Assembly (NCBI GenBank): GCA_050949565.1
Contig: JBMNFY010000017.1
Span: forward strand, 1,248,001 to 1,312,000
Reading direction: 5' to 3'
From: Kiritimatiellia bacterium
GTDB taxonomy: Bacteria; Verrucomicrobiota; Kiritimatiellia; RFP12; UBA1067
DNA length: 64,000 bases
Of this stretch, positions 1 through 11,800 are shown in pieces. Every line of letters begins with the position of its first letter. Positions within the stretch are counted from its first letter, which is position 1. A program made the translations under genes and the position numbers. Under the pieces are notes generated by a model, which saw only the letters and a list, made by a program, of their open reading frames with translations, did no database searches and was not told the origin of the DNA.

Positions 1-2
1 GC

Positions 3-2257
3 ACGCACAGCTACACCGACAATAGTGGCTCGATCACCGGCACGCACAGTGTCTGCTTCAGCCCGCCGTTCGGCTGGGCGGCCATGCAGACCGCCTACGA
101 CCCTTGGGCCGTCTCCCAGCCGGGGGACAATGAAGTCGCCGACCTTATGTACCGCCTAGGTGTCGCCGCCGAGGCCGATTATGAGAACGGCGGCACCAGC
201 GCAAGTATTCTGACGCTGGGCAACCGCCTTAATACGTATCTCTTTTACGAGCCTATAGGCTACGCGGGGTCGCAGGCCGAGTTGCTGCCGGGCCTTAACG
301 AGAGCCTGCGCGTAGGCTACCCGTGCGTCATCGCGGTCCCCGGCCACGCGATTGTGGCGGATGGATTGTTGGACGATAGCGGGACTATGTCGTACCACAT
401 CAACTACGGCTGGGGCGGTTCAAACGACGGCTGGTGGTCCGCCGATAATGTGAACGGCAAGGCGATTAGCTACGGCTGCACCTCGCTCAAACCCATACTG
501 ATGGCGTTCCCGGCCGCAGCGACAGTGCAGGCGGTAGCCGGCGAGCCCATGACCCTCGAGTGGTGGTTGCCATCCCGCCGTGAACAAGAGGCTGAGCACA
601 TTCGGCTCCGTCGGCTGACGCCGCATAGCGCAGTCTGGAACTCTGCCGCCGAAACGCTGGACCATACCGTGTCAAGCGGCTGGCAGATCAAACCCGAAGG
701 CCGCTCCGGCGCGTGCTGGTTCGCTGGGCCGCTCGGCTACAAAGTATTGACGCTCACCGACTTTTTTGTCCCCGATGCTTCGTCGGCACTCACCTTCTGG
801 ATGCAATGTCGGCTGTCCAGTGCGCCTTTCCGGGTCGCGGTTTCTAGCGACGGCGGGAACACCTACACAACCCTGTTCGAAAAGAACGACAATTATACGT
901 TGAGTTGGCAGTCCTACACGGTTCCGCTTGGCGCGTATGCCGGCGAGCAACTCCGGATCAGGTTTGAATTGATCCGGGGATCGTACTATCAGAGCGGCGG
1001 CGTCTGGCTCGACGACCTTAGCGTCACCTCCGGCACTTGGTGGCGCTGGCTGCCGTTCATCGAGGATACGACGCTCGCCTCGCGCCGGTATTCCGAACAG
1101 CGGACGCTGCTTGATAACTGTGCCGACTTCTCGATCTTTGAAGTAACGTCCTCATCGACCTACAAAGACTGGGCCGTCAGTACCACCGGTGGCGTGGATC
1201 AGTGCTTCTACAAGCAGCCGGGCGGTTATTCGAACCGCGAATATCATCTGACTGCAAAAGCACCGATCACTCCCGGTACTGGTACGCGGCTGTTGATGCG
1301 CTGGAAGCGTAACCTCGCGGGTGACGGTTTCCGCGTACTGGTCTCGCCTAACCGCTCGACCTTCACAGAGATCTGGAACGCGGGCGGCGCTTCGGATTGG
1401 ACAGAGCAAGCCATCCCGCTCGGTGCCTACGCCGGGCAACCGATCTACCTGCGGCTGGAATATACGACCGGCAGTTATTATTCCAGCGGCGGAGTCTGGA
1501 TCGACACCCTCTGGCTGCAAGATGTCACGAACCCGGAACTGGAGGGCCAGCCCGTACACCTCACGGTTACGACAGCCCCTCTGGAGGTCGGCAGCTACAC
1601 GCTGGCGTCGGTCGTGGAGGACACCAACGCGATATCCCACACGCTTTCGCCGCCATTCACTCTGAACGTCTCGCCGCGTTTCAATCACCGGCTCGAATCC
1701 GGCGGAAGCGTCACGTTGACCAGTTACAACGGTAGCTCCGAGCGGCTGGATATCCCGTCGGAGTGGGCAGGCCAACCGGTCGCGGGCATCGCTGCGAACG
1801 CCTTTGCCGGTACGCCGGTTGTTTCTGTGACTCTGCCTGCATCGATCGCGACGCTCGAAACCGGCGCTTTCGCCGACGCCAGCGCTTTGCAACGACTCTT
1901 TTTCGCGGGCAACGCGCCATCCGCCGCCCCCAACGCGCTGGCGGGCTCGGCGGCGACCGTCTACTATCTGCCGGGAAGGTCAAACTGGTCCGCCAGCTTT
2001 GGTGGCCGGCCGGCCTTGCTGTGGAATCCCGCGCCGGTTCCCGGCGCCGGATTCGGTTTTCAGGGCGGGATTTTTGGCTTCACGCTGACCGGCACGGCGC
2101 ACTGATCCCGGTGCATGTGCAGGCAACCACCAATCTTACATCCGCCGTCTGGTCTTCAGTCACCAACGCCGAGCTTAACGCCGCCGGCACGCTGCAAGTC
2201 CGCGATCCGGAGTCTCCGGCGCATGCGGGACGCTTCTACCGCGTTGTCTGGCCGTGA
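3..2257 (+). CDS. Secreted peptidase C10 (SpeB/streptopain-like) with two jelly-roll repeat domains, BspA-type LRR and C-terminal 'RFYRV' domain; 5' partial, frameshift near 2095-2102
   Basis: Frame open from window edge; GHAIVADG and YHINYGWGG motifs of C10; two repeats ending PLGAYAG..(I/L)R.E...SGGVW(L/I)D; LRR VTLPASIATLETGAF; a natural-looking tail LIPVHVQATTNL...GRFYRVVWP lies in another frame ending 2257. Confidence 0.75.
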
Positions 2258-2280
2258 GGCGCACACGGGAGGACTGTGGG

Positions 2281-2338
2281 TGTGGGCGGTGTGGCACGGG
2301 CATCTTGCCCGTGGTGGCGGCGTAAACGCCGCCCACAG
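2281..2338. repeat. REP-like palindromes between convergent genes
   Basis: GTGGCACGGGCATCTTGCCCGTG (2291-2313) also at ~17712-17734, ~19883-19905 and ~58210-58232; adjacent palindrome GGCGGCGTAAACGCCGCC. Confidence 0.7.
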
Positions 2339-2358
2339 AACTGCCGCGCACACCCCTG

Positions 2359-3513
2359 TCACTGACCGGCTACCGCGCTGACGATCGCATCGGCGGCGCG
2401 CGTTGAGGCGTCGCCGGTGCCCAGCAGGGCGTTTGTCTCGTCGAGCGCGGCCAGGGTCTGCGCGCGTGCGTCGGCGTCTGTCAGATAGCGCTGGAGCTGG
2501 TCGGCGAGGCGCTGCGGTGTGAAAGCGTCTTGGATGAGTTCCGGCATGACCTCGCGGCCGGCGATGATGTTGGCGAGCCCCAGATGTTTCACGCCCTTGA
2601 TCAGCCAGCGCCCGATCCAGTAAGTCACGCGGCTGGCGATGTAGACCAGCACGGCGGGGCAGCGCATCAGGCAGGCTTCCAGCGTGGCGGTGCCTGAAGT
2701 GACCGCCGCAGCGTGCGCCTGAAGCATCACGTGGCGTGCCTGGCCATCGACAAAGGTGAGGCGCGCGGGCCGGGTGCGGGCGCGGGCGGCGACCGCCTCG
2801 CCGAGTTCGCGCATGGCCGGGGTGGGGGCGGGAATGATGAACGAGCAATCGCCCTCCAAACGTTCTTCAAGCAGGGTGGCGGCGGCCAGCAGGCGCGGCA
2901 GGATGCGCGTGATCTCACTGGCGCGACTGCCCGGCAGCAGCGCGATGCGGTGCGTGCCGTTCCACGGGAGCGCGACGGGCGGCGCGGCGCGTGTTTCGGC
3001 GGCGCGATCGACCAGTGGATGCCCCGTGAAGCGTGCGTCGAGCGATGTCTGCTTGAAGAGCGCGGGCTCAAAGGGCAGGATGCAGAGCAGCAGATCGAGT
3101 ATGCGCGCGAGTTTCGGGATGCGCCCGCGACGCCAGGCCCAGACCTGCGGACAGATGTAGTGAACCGTTTTGATACTGCGGTCGTGCGCGAAGCGGGCGA
3201 GGCGCAGGTTCATACCGGGATAGTCTACCGTGAGCACGATGTCGGGCTGCCAGACGCGGATCTCGCGCTTCATGTGTCTGATCATGCCCAACAGGAACGG
3301 CAGGTTGCGCAGCACGGGGGTGATGCCAATGAGCGCAATACGGTCGGTGTGATAAAACAACTCGGCTCCCTCGGCGCGCATAGCATCGCCGCCGAAGCCG
3401 CGGAAGACGATGGGACGGTCCACGGCAGCCCGCAGAGCGCGCATCAGGGCGGCGGCGTGCATGTCACCGCTCACCTCACCGGCGCAAATCATGATTTTCA
3501 GAGGGGTGTTCAT
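2359..3513 (-). CDS. lpxB: Lipid-A-disaccharide synthase
   Basis: AGEVSGDMHAA, DYPGMN, YICPQVWAWRRGR, LLPGSR, SGTATLE motifs. Confidence 0.97.
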   Translation of the reverse strand: MNTPLKIMICAGEVSGDMHAAALMRALRAAVDRPIVFRGFGGDAMRAEGAELFYHTDRIALIGITPVLRNLPFLLGMIRHMKREIRVWQPDIVLTVDYPGMNLRLARFAHDRSIKTVHYICPQVWAWRRGRIPKLARILDLLLCILPFEPALFKQTSLDARFTGHPLVDRAAETRAAPPVALPWNGTHRIALLPGSRASEITRILPRLLAAATLLEERLEGDCSFIIPAPTPAMRELGEAVAARARTRPARLTFVDGQARHVMLQAHAAAVTSGTATLEACLMRCPAVLVYIASRVTYWIGRWLIKGVKHLGLANIIAGREVMPELIQDAFTPQRLADQLQRYLTDADARAQTLAALDETNALLGTGDASTRAADAIVSAVAGQ

Positions 3514-4361
3514 ACGGGTCTGAGCGGTGCAGGCGGCAGGCCGGAATCAAGGCCGATGATCGCGATGTTCATGCGGTCGGCGGCGGCGATCACAGCCGGG
3601 CGGTCAAGCAAAACCAAGCGTCCGGCCTGATAGGCGAGCGCCGAGACACCGGCGCGGCGCAACACGGGGATGGTCTTCGCGCCGATCACGGGAATGTCAA
3701 AACGCATGTCGTGGCCATTCTTGGCGACCTTGACCACCACGGCACCGCGTCCGCCCAACTTGCCGCCGCGGCGGATTGCACGGTCGGTGCCCTCGAATGC
3801 CTCGACGGCCAGCACCATGCCGTCCTTCACGAGCAGCGTCTGGCCGATGTCCAGGCCGCAGATGTCGCACGCGACCCGGTGCCCGAAGGCGATGTCACTC
3901 GCCTCGCGTTCGTCCGGCGCGCGGCGGGTAAGCACGCCCACGCCGGGAATGTGCTCATCCATGTAACAGGAAGCCGGCAGCATGCGGATGCCGACACGTT
4001 CCACCTCGATTGCGATGCGTCCAAAAATCGTATGCGCGTTTTTGACGGGCAATTCCTTGAGCCAGGTGCGCGCCAGCGTATCGAAACGCGTACGAAAGAG
4101 CGCGATCGGGGTGATGCCGCCGGCCATAATGCCGTGGGAGAAGTCCATGCTCGTGACCCATTCGAAGATACGCTGGATCTCGCCTACGCCGAACCAGACG
4201 CAGGTGTCCGCCAGTGCGGCGGTGGCGCGGGCGGTCGAGCCGCGTAGCGCCAGCATGGTGATGCGTTGGACACCGGCTTTGCGCGCGCCGACGGCAATAC
4301 AAGCGGGGTAGGTGCCGTCACCCGCGACGATCAAAAGATGACGGATGGGTTCAGGAGTCAT
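3510..4361 (-). CDS. lpxI: UDP-2,3-diacylglucosamine diphosphatase LpxI
   Basis: DIGQT, AVEAFEGTD, DMRFDIPVIG motifs; next to lpxB; start set at MTPEPIRH. Confidence 0.92.
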   Translation of the reverse strand: MTPEPIRHLLIVAGDGTYPACIAVGARKAGVQRITMLALRGSTARATAALADTCVWFGVGEIQRIFEWVTSMDFSHGIMAGGITPIALFRTRFDTLARTWLKELPVKNAHTIFGRIAIEVERVGIRMLPASCYMDEHIPGVGVLTRRAPDEREASDIAFGHRVACDICGLDIGQTLLVKDGMVLAVEAFEGTDRAIRRGGKLGGRGAVVVKVAKNGHDMRFDIPVIGAKTIPVLRRAGVSALAYQAGRLVLLDRPAVIAAADRMNIAIIGLDSGLPPAPLRPV

Positions 4362-4443
4362 GTGTTCGGAGTATACCGGATGAGGAAAGGATGAGGGAAG
4401 GGAGAAGTTTGGGTGTAACGCGGTAACGTCGGTCGCCAACTTT

Positions 4444-4472
4444 TTGCTAACACTTCAGCGGACGGTTATGAT
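4444..4472 (+). promoter_or_regulatory. Putative sigma70 promoter of the VTC-CotH operon
   Basis: TTGCTA-17 nt-TATGAT upstream of 4543. Confidence 0.45.
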
Positions 4473-4542
4473 ACGCTGTACGGTTGTAACCTAGAGTTGG
4501 GGAGCGTGTGTGTTCAGAAAGGGCAGACAGTCTAGTCGGGAT

Positions 4543-5331
4543 ATGGTGACGCGGTATGAGGCGAAGTACATCATTCCGCGTTCACGTGTTCCTGAAATAC
4601 GGGCGTTTATCCGCCCGTTCTGTCGGCCTGATCCCTGCGCCCACGGCAACCCGCCGGAGTACACAATCACCACGTTGCAGTTGGACGATTCCCGTTATTC
4701 GCTTCACAACGCTAAGGAATTCGGGGCGCTGAATCGTTTCAAGCTGCGGGCGCGGACCTACGGCACGATCGGTTCGACGCCGGTCTTCGCGGAGGTCAAG
4801 TCGAAGTTGGAAGACACGATCATCAAATCCCGTGCGGCGATTCCCTTTAAGGCATGGAACAGGGAACTGGTGTTCGGGGTGCATCTGCCCAATTTTTTCC
4901 ATAGCGAGCGGCAGGAGATCGATTTTTTGCAGTTCAGGCGTTTGGCTTGGGAGATCGGTGCCGAACCCAAGGTGCTGGTGCGTTATATCCGTGAATCTTA
5001 CGTGGGGGCGATCGACAGCTACGTGCGGGTAACGTTCGATCGTAACCTGCAATACCAGATAACTGACTCCTGGACCGACTTTGGGCGCAGTGGTTTCTGG
5101 CGCGGCATGGATTCGACCGAGGCGCAGGGATTCGGACTGCCCTACTCAGGCGTGGTGATGGAAGTGAAAACGCTCTCCCAAACACCGGCCTGGGTGATGG
5201 ACTTGGTGGAACGATTCGAGTTGAGTAAGCGAGGAAACTGCAAGTATTCGACCGCCATCTGGCGCGAGGGGGTCTTTACGAAACACCCCGGAACAAATTC
5301 TGAAACTGAAGAAGCGTTGGTGAGCCTGTAA
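4543..5331 (+). CDS. VTC-domain (TTM/CYTH fold) polyphosphate polymerase-like protein
   Basis: RYEAKY, RFKLRARTY, FAEVKSK, YIRESY, RVTFDRNL, VVMEVK, KYST motifs. Confidence 0.9.
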   Translation: MVTRYEAKYIIPRSRVPEIRAFIRPFCRPDPCAHGNPPEYTITTLQLDDSRYSLHNAKEFGALNRFKLRARTYGTIGSTPVFAEVKSKLEDTIIKSRAAIPFKAWNRELVFGVHLPNFFHSERQEIDFLQFRRLAWEIGAEPKVLVRYIRESYVGAIDSYVRVTFDRNLQYQITDSWTDFGRSGFWRGMDSTEAQGFGLPYSGVVMEVKTLSQTPAWVMDLVERFELSKRGNCKYSTAIWREGVFTKHPGTNSETEEALVSL

Positions 5332-5347
5332 AGGAGCAGTGTAAACC

Positions 5348-6043
5348 GTGAACGTGCATGACTATCTGGCCCTGTTTTTCGGGACGCAAGAGCCGCTAAA
5401 CCCGGCTCTTGTGGCGGGGGCGATGGTGCTGAGTTTCCTGCTGGCCATCCTCATCGCGACCGTGTACCAGGTCACCTTCCGCGGCTTCACCTACTCGCGC
5501 TCCTACATCCACACCATGGTGCTGGGCAGCATGGTGACCTGCATGTTGATCATGGCGGTTGGCAATAACATCGCGCGCGGCATGGGCATTCTGGGTACAT
5601 TGGCGATTATCCGTTTCCGCACGCCGGTACGCGACCCACGCGACGCCATGTTCCTCTTCGCTTGCCTCGGCGTCGGCATTGCCTGCGGTGCCGGCACGCC
5701 GGTGGTCGCGGTGATCGGTACCGGTTTGATCTGCGCTGCAGCACTGCTGTTGCACTGGATACCGTTCGCCTCGCGCCGCGACTACGAAGGCCTGTTGCGT
5801 TTCATCATGCCCGTCGATGACGCAGAGACCGCGCAAACTGCGCAGGAGATTCTCAAACGCTACTGCTCCTCGTTTTATCTGCTCGGCATGCGCGATGCGG
5901 AGCAGGGCGATGCCATGGAGTTTTCGTACCAGGTGCGGTTGCTGGATCCGGCCTATCAGCAAGATCTCGTCGCCGCCTTCAAAAAAGCGGGTGGCTTTTC
6001 GGACCCCGTGCTGCTGTTGCAGCGTACGACGGTAGAACTGTAA
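5348..6043 (+). CDS. DUF4956 family inner-membrane protein
   Basis: Several TM segments; GNNIARGMGILGTLAIIRFRTPVRDPRD signature; soluble C-terminal domain; usual neighbour of VTC genes. Confidence 0.9.
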   Translation: MNVHDYLALFFGTQEPLNPALVAGAMVLSFLLAILIATVYQVTFRGFTYSRSYIHTMVLGSMVTCMLIMAVGNNIARGMGILGTLAIIRFRTPVRDPRDAMFLFACLGVGIACGAGTPVVAVIGTGLICAAALLLHWIPFASRRDYEGLLRFIMPVDDAETAQTAQEILKRYCSSFYLLGMRDAEQGDAMEFSYQVRLLDPAYQQDLVAAFKKAGGFSDPVLLLQRTTVEL

Positions 6044-6058
6044 GGACAGTGAATCAAG

Positions 6059-7264
6059 ATGAAGACCTCATATAGACGACCCATGCGGCTGCCCTTCAGG
6101 CTGATTCTGAAACGCCTGATGCGGGTCTGCTTCATATTGCTCGTGATAGGTCTGATTCCCTTTTTCCTCTGGTTCCAGACGCAAGATCCTAAAGCGTACC
6201 GTTTCAACGGCGTGGTCGAGAGTGAGGCCGAAACCGTGGGTCCTGTCGAGACCGCGCGCATTCTGTCGATCGAGGTCCAGTCCGGACAGTCCGTGAAGGC
6301 CGGCGACGTGCTGGTGCGCCTAGACCCCGCCGACCGCGCGATGGACTTGGCCATGAACGAGGCGCGCCTTAAGAACTACGAGCAGGATCTGTTACGCTAT
6401 GAGCAGGACATCGTCCGGCAGCGGCAGGACTTGCAGGACTCCGAGCGCCGTTGCCGTCAAGCCGTACGCGAAGCGGAGACCGCCATTGAGACCGAACGAA
6501 TGAACCGCACCCGTGACGCGGCCGAACTGGCTGGTCTGCAAGCCGAGATCAAACGCCTGCAGCCCTTGATCGACCGGCGGCTGGTCAGCGAAACCGAGCT
6601 GTCGCGCCTGCGCCCCGCTGCAGAGGCTCTCGCCACCACGGTCGCCGAATACACGCCCCTGCTCGCCACCTTGGAAAAACAGCACGCGCGCGCGATTGAG
6701 GACCTGAACGAGGTCAAGGCGCTGCTGGCCGAAACAGCAACGAAAGGCACCGATGCCGATCCGATCCTTACCACCATACGCCAGGCTGTGGAGACCTGCC
6801 GCAAGGCCGCCACCAACGACCCCTCTGTGCTGCGTGCCTCGCGTTCCGGCGTGGTGTCGTGCGTCCTACGCCAGCCCGGCGACGTGGTGACGGGCGGCGA
6901 GCCCGTGGTGCGCGTGGCCGCATCAAGCGCGCTCTATATCACCGGAATGCTGACACAGCACCAACTCCAAGACCTGAAGGTCGGTGACATCCTGCACGTC
7001 GCACGCGCGGCAGCCGGTCAGCGTGAGACGCTCAAAGCACAGGTCGAGGTCATCGCACCTGAGGTGATGGACCTGCTGGACCCTTTCAATCCAGTACCGC
7101 GCTTTCCGCTACGCGGCCGGCGTGTACGTATGCGCGTTCTGGACGAGAACAACGGCCTGATTCCCGGTGAGACTGTGACTTTGGAGTCGGGGCATCGCGA
7201 GACCTGGCTGGAGGGGGTCAAGCGCATCTGTTTTTTTTCTGGAACTCCGCCAGCAACGCCATAA
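6059..7264 (+). CDS. HlyD-family membrane fusion (periplasmic adaptor) protein
   Basis: N-terminal TM; two lipoyl half-motifs (ILSIEVQSGQSVKAGDVLVRLD; SGVVSCVLRQPGDVV) around a long coiled coil. Confidence 0.85.
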   Translation: MKTSYRRPMRLPFRLILKRLMRVCFILLVIGLIPFFLWFQTQDPKAYRFNGVVESEAETVGPVETARILSIEVQSGQSVKAGDVLVRLDPADRAMDLAMNEARLKNYEQDLLRYEQDIVRQRQDLQDSERRCRQAVREAETAIETERMNRTRDAAELAGLQAEIKRLQPLIDRRLVSETELSRLRPAAEALATTVAEYTPLLATLEKQHARAIEDLNEVKALLAETATKGTDADPILTTIRQAVETCRKAATNDPSVLRASRSGVVSCVLRQPGDVVTGGEPVVRVAASSALYITGMLTQHQLQDLKVGDILHVARAAAGQRETLKAQVEVIAPEVMDLLDPFNPVPRFPLRGRRVRMRVLDENNGLIPGETVTLESGHRETWLEGVKRICFFSGTPPATP

Positions 7265-7360
7265 ACGTGCGCTGAGCGGGCATTAGGTTGAACAAGGCAT
7301 GCGGCCATGCCGCGAGGGATCAAAAGGAACAACTTTCAACGTTCAAGTTGTAGGCACATC

Positions 7361-8849
7361 ATGGTGATAAGGCGAGTATGGCACACCGCAAAACGTTGCG
7401 TAGCCGGAACGATCGTTCTGGCTGTTGCTGGTTGCTCTACAGTCGAAGACCAGACGCTCGCCATGTCCAAGCCCGTAACCCAAACAGATACGGCATCCTC
7501 TGTTCCGGCGACACCACCAGCCGAGCCGCCAGCCGAAGGCTACGACTGGAATACTCTAGCCCGCATGGCGGCGGCTAACTGCAGCGAAGCCCGCGCCCTG
7601 CTGTTAGATGCGCAGGCGGAACGCAACAAGACGGCGGTGGACACCGGCTGGCGTAACCCCCGGCTCCGTCTGGGACACGGCTGGATCGACCAAGACAACG
7701 ACACGCCGGGACGATCCGGCATGCGGACCTACCCCGACGAGGCGGGCTCGCCGCAACGACCGTTTAGGAGCTACCGTGAATGGGATGACCGCTCGTTCAC
7801 GGAGCGATCCGTGGGGCTGCGCGTCTACACGGCCAACCCCTTTGTGAACCGTTGGCTGCGCAAGCGCGGCGAGGCCGCAGCGCGCGCGATCGAGAAAGAG
7901 TCAGAGGAGGAGGCCTACGCGATCTTCTGCGAAGTCAAGACGCTCTGTCTGGAGGCGGAGCTACTACGCGAGGAGAGTCGGTCTGTTAGAACGGATGGCC
8001 GAGATCCGCACAAAACTGCGCGACCTGCGCCGCGAACAGTCTGAAGCGGGTGTGACCAGTCCGCTCGACCTGGTCCACGCCGAGACGAAGTTAGCGTCAC
8101 AACGCTCTGAGCTTTTCGGCAAGCGGATGGCGCGGCAACAACTCGTGCGGCGCATTGCCGTGCTCGCCGGCGTACCGGCCGAAGGGCTCCGCCTGCGACC
8201 GCGCACAACGGACTGGGTGCCGGTGCCCGCGCATCTAGACGCCGCCGCGCTCACTGATCTCGCCTTCATGCGGCGTCCCGACCTCGCACGATTGGAGCAG
8301 GAGAAAGAGGCCGCAACGTACGCGCTACGTGCCGCGCGCGCCGGACAGATTCCCTGGTTTGAGTATGTCGAGGGCTCGGTTGAAGATACACACGGCGACA
8401 GCTATTCGCGCGAAGAACTCTTCACCGGACGCGACCACACAACGCGTGACGAGACCGAGTGGCAGGTACGGGTCGCCATGACCCTGCCGGTCTTCAACTG
8501 GCTGGGCGACGAGATCCGCCTGACACGCACGCAACTGGCCGCCGCTGAAACGCGCGTGCGCGGACAGTACGACTTGGTCCGATCGGAAGTCAGCGGTGTC
8601 TTGGAGGACTACCGGGCGGCGCAGGCCGAGTGGGCACGCCTGGACAGCGAAGGCGATCGGTTGCGCACCGAGATGTATGCCCGCGTCGAGAGCCTAGCCA
8701 AAGAACCGACCATCAAACGTGAAGAGGTGCTCGCCGTGCACGAGGAGTTGCTGGCCTTTCAGCGTGTCTGCCTCAAGGCCGAACGCGAATGTCTGTTTAT
8801 CGAGCAGTGCTTGGAGACCGTAAGCGGCGGAGCGCTGCCGACAGAATAG
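7361..8849 (+). CDS. TolC-like outer-membrane efflux lipoprotein, split by a +1 frameshift near 7976
   Basis: Lipobox LAVAGC; AGVTSPLDLVHAE, RRPDLARLE, MTLPVFNW motifs; removing one A at ~7976 joins EE to VGLLERMAE. Confidence 0.75.
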
Positions 8850-8859
8850 GAGGAACACC

Positions 8860-11800
8860 ATGAACATACCGACCACAAACACCGGCCGTCACAACCGCCT
8901 TCTGAGCTTGACCGTTTTCGCACTCGCAATGTGCATGAGCGCCCGTGGCGCACTCGTCGTTAACGAGGTCTGCTACGACAACTCGATGGTACCCGACGAT
9001 ACCGGCGATACCTCCTCGGACTGGATCGAGTTGTACAACACAGGCCCGGCAGCGGTGAACATCCTGAACTACGGACTGGGCGATGCCAACCCGTATGACG
9101 ATAACAAAGGGGTGCGGCTGCCCAACTACACCATTCCGCCCGGCGGATTCCTCGTGGTCTTTGCCAGCTCGGATCTGCCCGAATACACAGTCTGGACCAA
9201 CGCGCCGGACATCATCGCGATACCCGCCAACTCCGCTTGGCGCTACAACACACCGGCCAGCGCACCGCCCTCAACCTGGAAAGACAGCACTTTCGATGAC
9301 ACCGCATGGGCAAGCGGGATCACGCCGTTGGGCTATAACGACGCAACCCTCAACATGGATTGCGCGACGATCCTGCCATACGGTTCCAACCCCGCAAACC
9401 GCTACCCGACCGCTTACTTCCGCAAGACCTTCAAGATCGTGAACCCGTCCGTCGTGACCGGCCTCGTCGTCCGCGCACGCATCAACGACGGCATGGTCCT
9501 CTATCTCAACGGAGTGGAGCAGAAGCGCATCTACATGCCGGACGGTGCGATCGCTTACTCAACGCTTGCCACGGTGAGTGTACCGCCGACATTCTGGACC
9601 AACATCCTGCTTTCAGCCTCTGGCCTTGTGGCCGGCGATAACGTGCTGGCCGTTGAGACGCACCAAGCCGCAACAGACAGCGTCGACTTGATCATGGACA
9701 TGACCGTCACCGCGCTCGTCGAGGAACAGATGCCGATCGTTCACGGCCAGTTCGGGCTCAAAAAGACCGGCGAGAACGTCCACCTCTTCGATGCCGGATT
9801 GACACGCATCCACAAGTTCGACTCGCCATCCTCAGAGCCTGGCGAGAACAAGACCTACGGACTCGCAGTTGATGGCGTGACCGGCGTTTGTAAAATCTAC
9901 GACCGCCCGACTCCCGGCTTGCCCAACGCAACGTACGCGCAGAAATACTCGGTCGCGCTTTACTCCGAAACGCCGACTTTTTCGGTCGCGCCCGGTTTTT
10001 ATGCCGCCAACCAGTCCGTCGTGCTAAGCACGCCCACGGCCGGCCACAAAATTTACTACACGCTGGACGGCAGTGACCCTTGGGACAGCACCACGTATGT
10101 GTTCAGCGGTGCGGCCATCTCAATCACCGCCGAGGCACCGGCCACCTCCGGCCTCGCGTGGCTGCGCACGAATCCGATTGAGATCGACAGCAGGGTGCCC
10201 GGCACCGCTTGGTTGCCACCGATCGGTAGCATTCCCAAGGCAGTGGTGCTTCGTGCGATCGCCGTCGATAGTATGACCGGCACCACCTGTTCGCCTGAGA
10301 CGCGCGGCACCTACTTCATCGGCCCCTCCTTCACGACCCGCACCCTGCCCACAGTATCGCTCATTACCGACTCCAACAATTTGTTCGGTTTTACCTCGGG
10401 CATCTATGTGCCAGGCAAGTACTACGCCGATTCGCCGACAGGCTACGGCTCAAACAAGTGGGGCAAGCCCAACGCGAATTACCATCAAGACAACGACGAT
10501 GAGGCTTGGGAACGCCCGGTGCAGGTCGAGCTTTTCGAGACCGCACAGAACACCGCCGCCTTTGCCTGCACAGTCGGCATGGCCATGCACGGCGGCGGCA
10601 CGCGCGCCCTCCCGCAAAAGACGCTCTATCTCATCTCCCGCCTCGGCACATACGGCACAAGCCATATCGACTATCAGCTCTTCCCTGACGAGAGCGGCAC
10701 AAGTTACAAGCGCTTCCTGCTACGCAACAGCGGCAACGACTGGTACGGCCCGATGTCCGGCGGCATCGCCACGATGCTCAAAGACGCGGTTTTCCATCGC
10801 ATCGTCAAAAAACTGGACACCTCGGTCATGGCCTATCGCCCCGTCACCGCCTACATCAACGGCGAGTACTGGGGCATCCATAATCTGCGCGAAAGCTTTG
10901 ACAAGCACTACCTCGCCACGCGCTACGGGCTGGACCCCGACAACATGGACATCCTGATGCACGAAGAAGACGCGAAAGACAAGGTCAGAATCACACGCGT
11001 CGACGGCGATAAAAACAGTGACGAAGAGTATGAGGAGTTGATCGACTGGATCGATGTAAACCCGCTCTCCGAGAACATCAATTACGAGCGCGTGCAGACA
11101 GCCGCCGTGTTCACCAACGCACTCGACATTGTGATCACCGGCATCGATGTCACCAACCACGCCGACTACATCATCGCAGAGACGTTCTTCGCCAACACCG
11201 ACTGGCCGATCAACAACTGCGACTTCTGGCGGGCACACACCAACCAGACCGCCACTTGTGGCGCGTTCGGCGACACCCGCTGGCGCTGGATGCTCTACGA
11301 CCTCGACGTCGCCGGCGAAAAGGGCGCGGACTTCAACATGTTCACTTACCTCTCTTCCAAAAAAATGACCGGCCGTCGCGAACCCGGATTTCTGATCAAC
11401 CAGCTTTGGTCGAACTTGAGTTTCCGCAACTACTTCGTGATGCGCTACGCCAATCTGCTCAACACCACCTTCCGCCCCGAGCGCATGACCGCGATCATCG
11501 CCGATGCCACCGACACAATCGCCCCCGAGATCGAGCAACACTTCCGACGCTGGGGCCGCACCTTCACGCAGGCGCAGTGGCGCGCCGCCGTGACCAACGT
11601 GCTGATCGACTTCACCGCCACGCGCCATGCGGTCTCTTGGCAACATCTCGACAGCCACTTCGGCCTAGGTGGGACCGGCACCCTCACGGTGAACAACCAC
11701 GACGCCACGGGTACCGGCGGACGCTTCATCGTCAACGGGATCGACATCACGACCGGCACCGAAGGCGTCACCACGCGCGCCTCTTGGAGCGGCACCTTCT

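Noticed and set aside
4410-4492. GTAAC repeats as a Pho box for the VTC operon
   Set aside because: Spacing is 8 nt or irregular, not the 11-nt period of PhoB boxes
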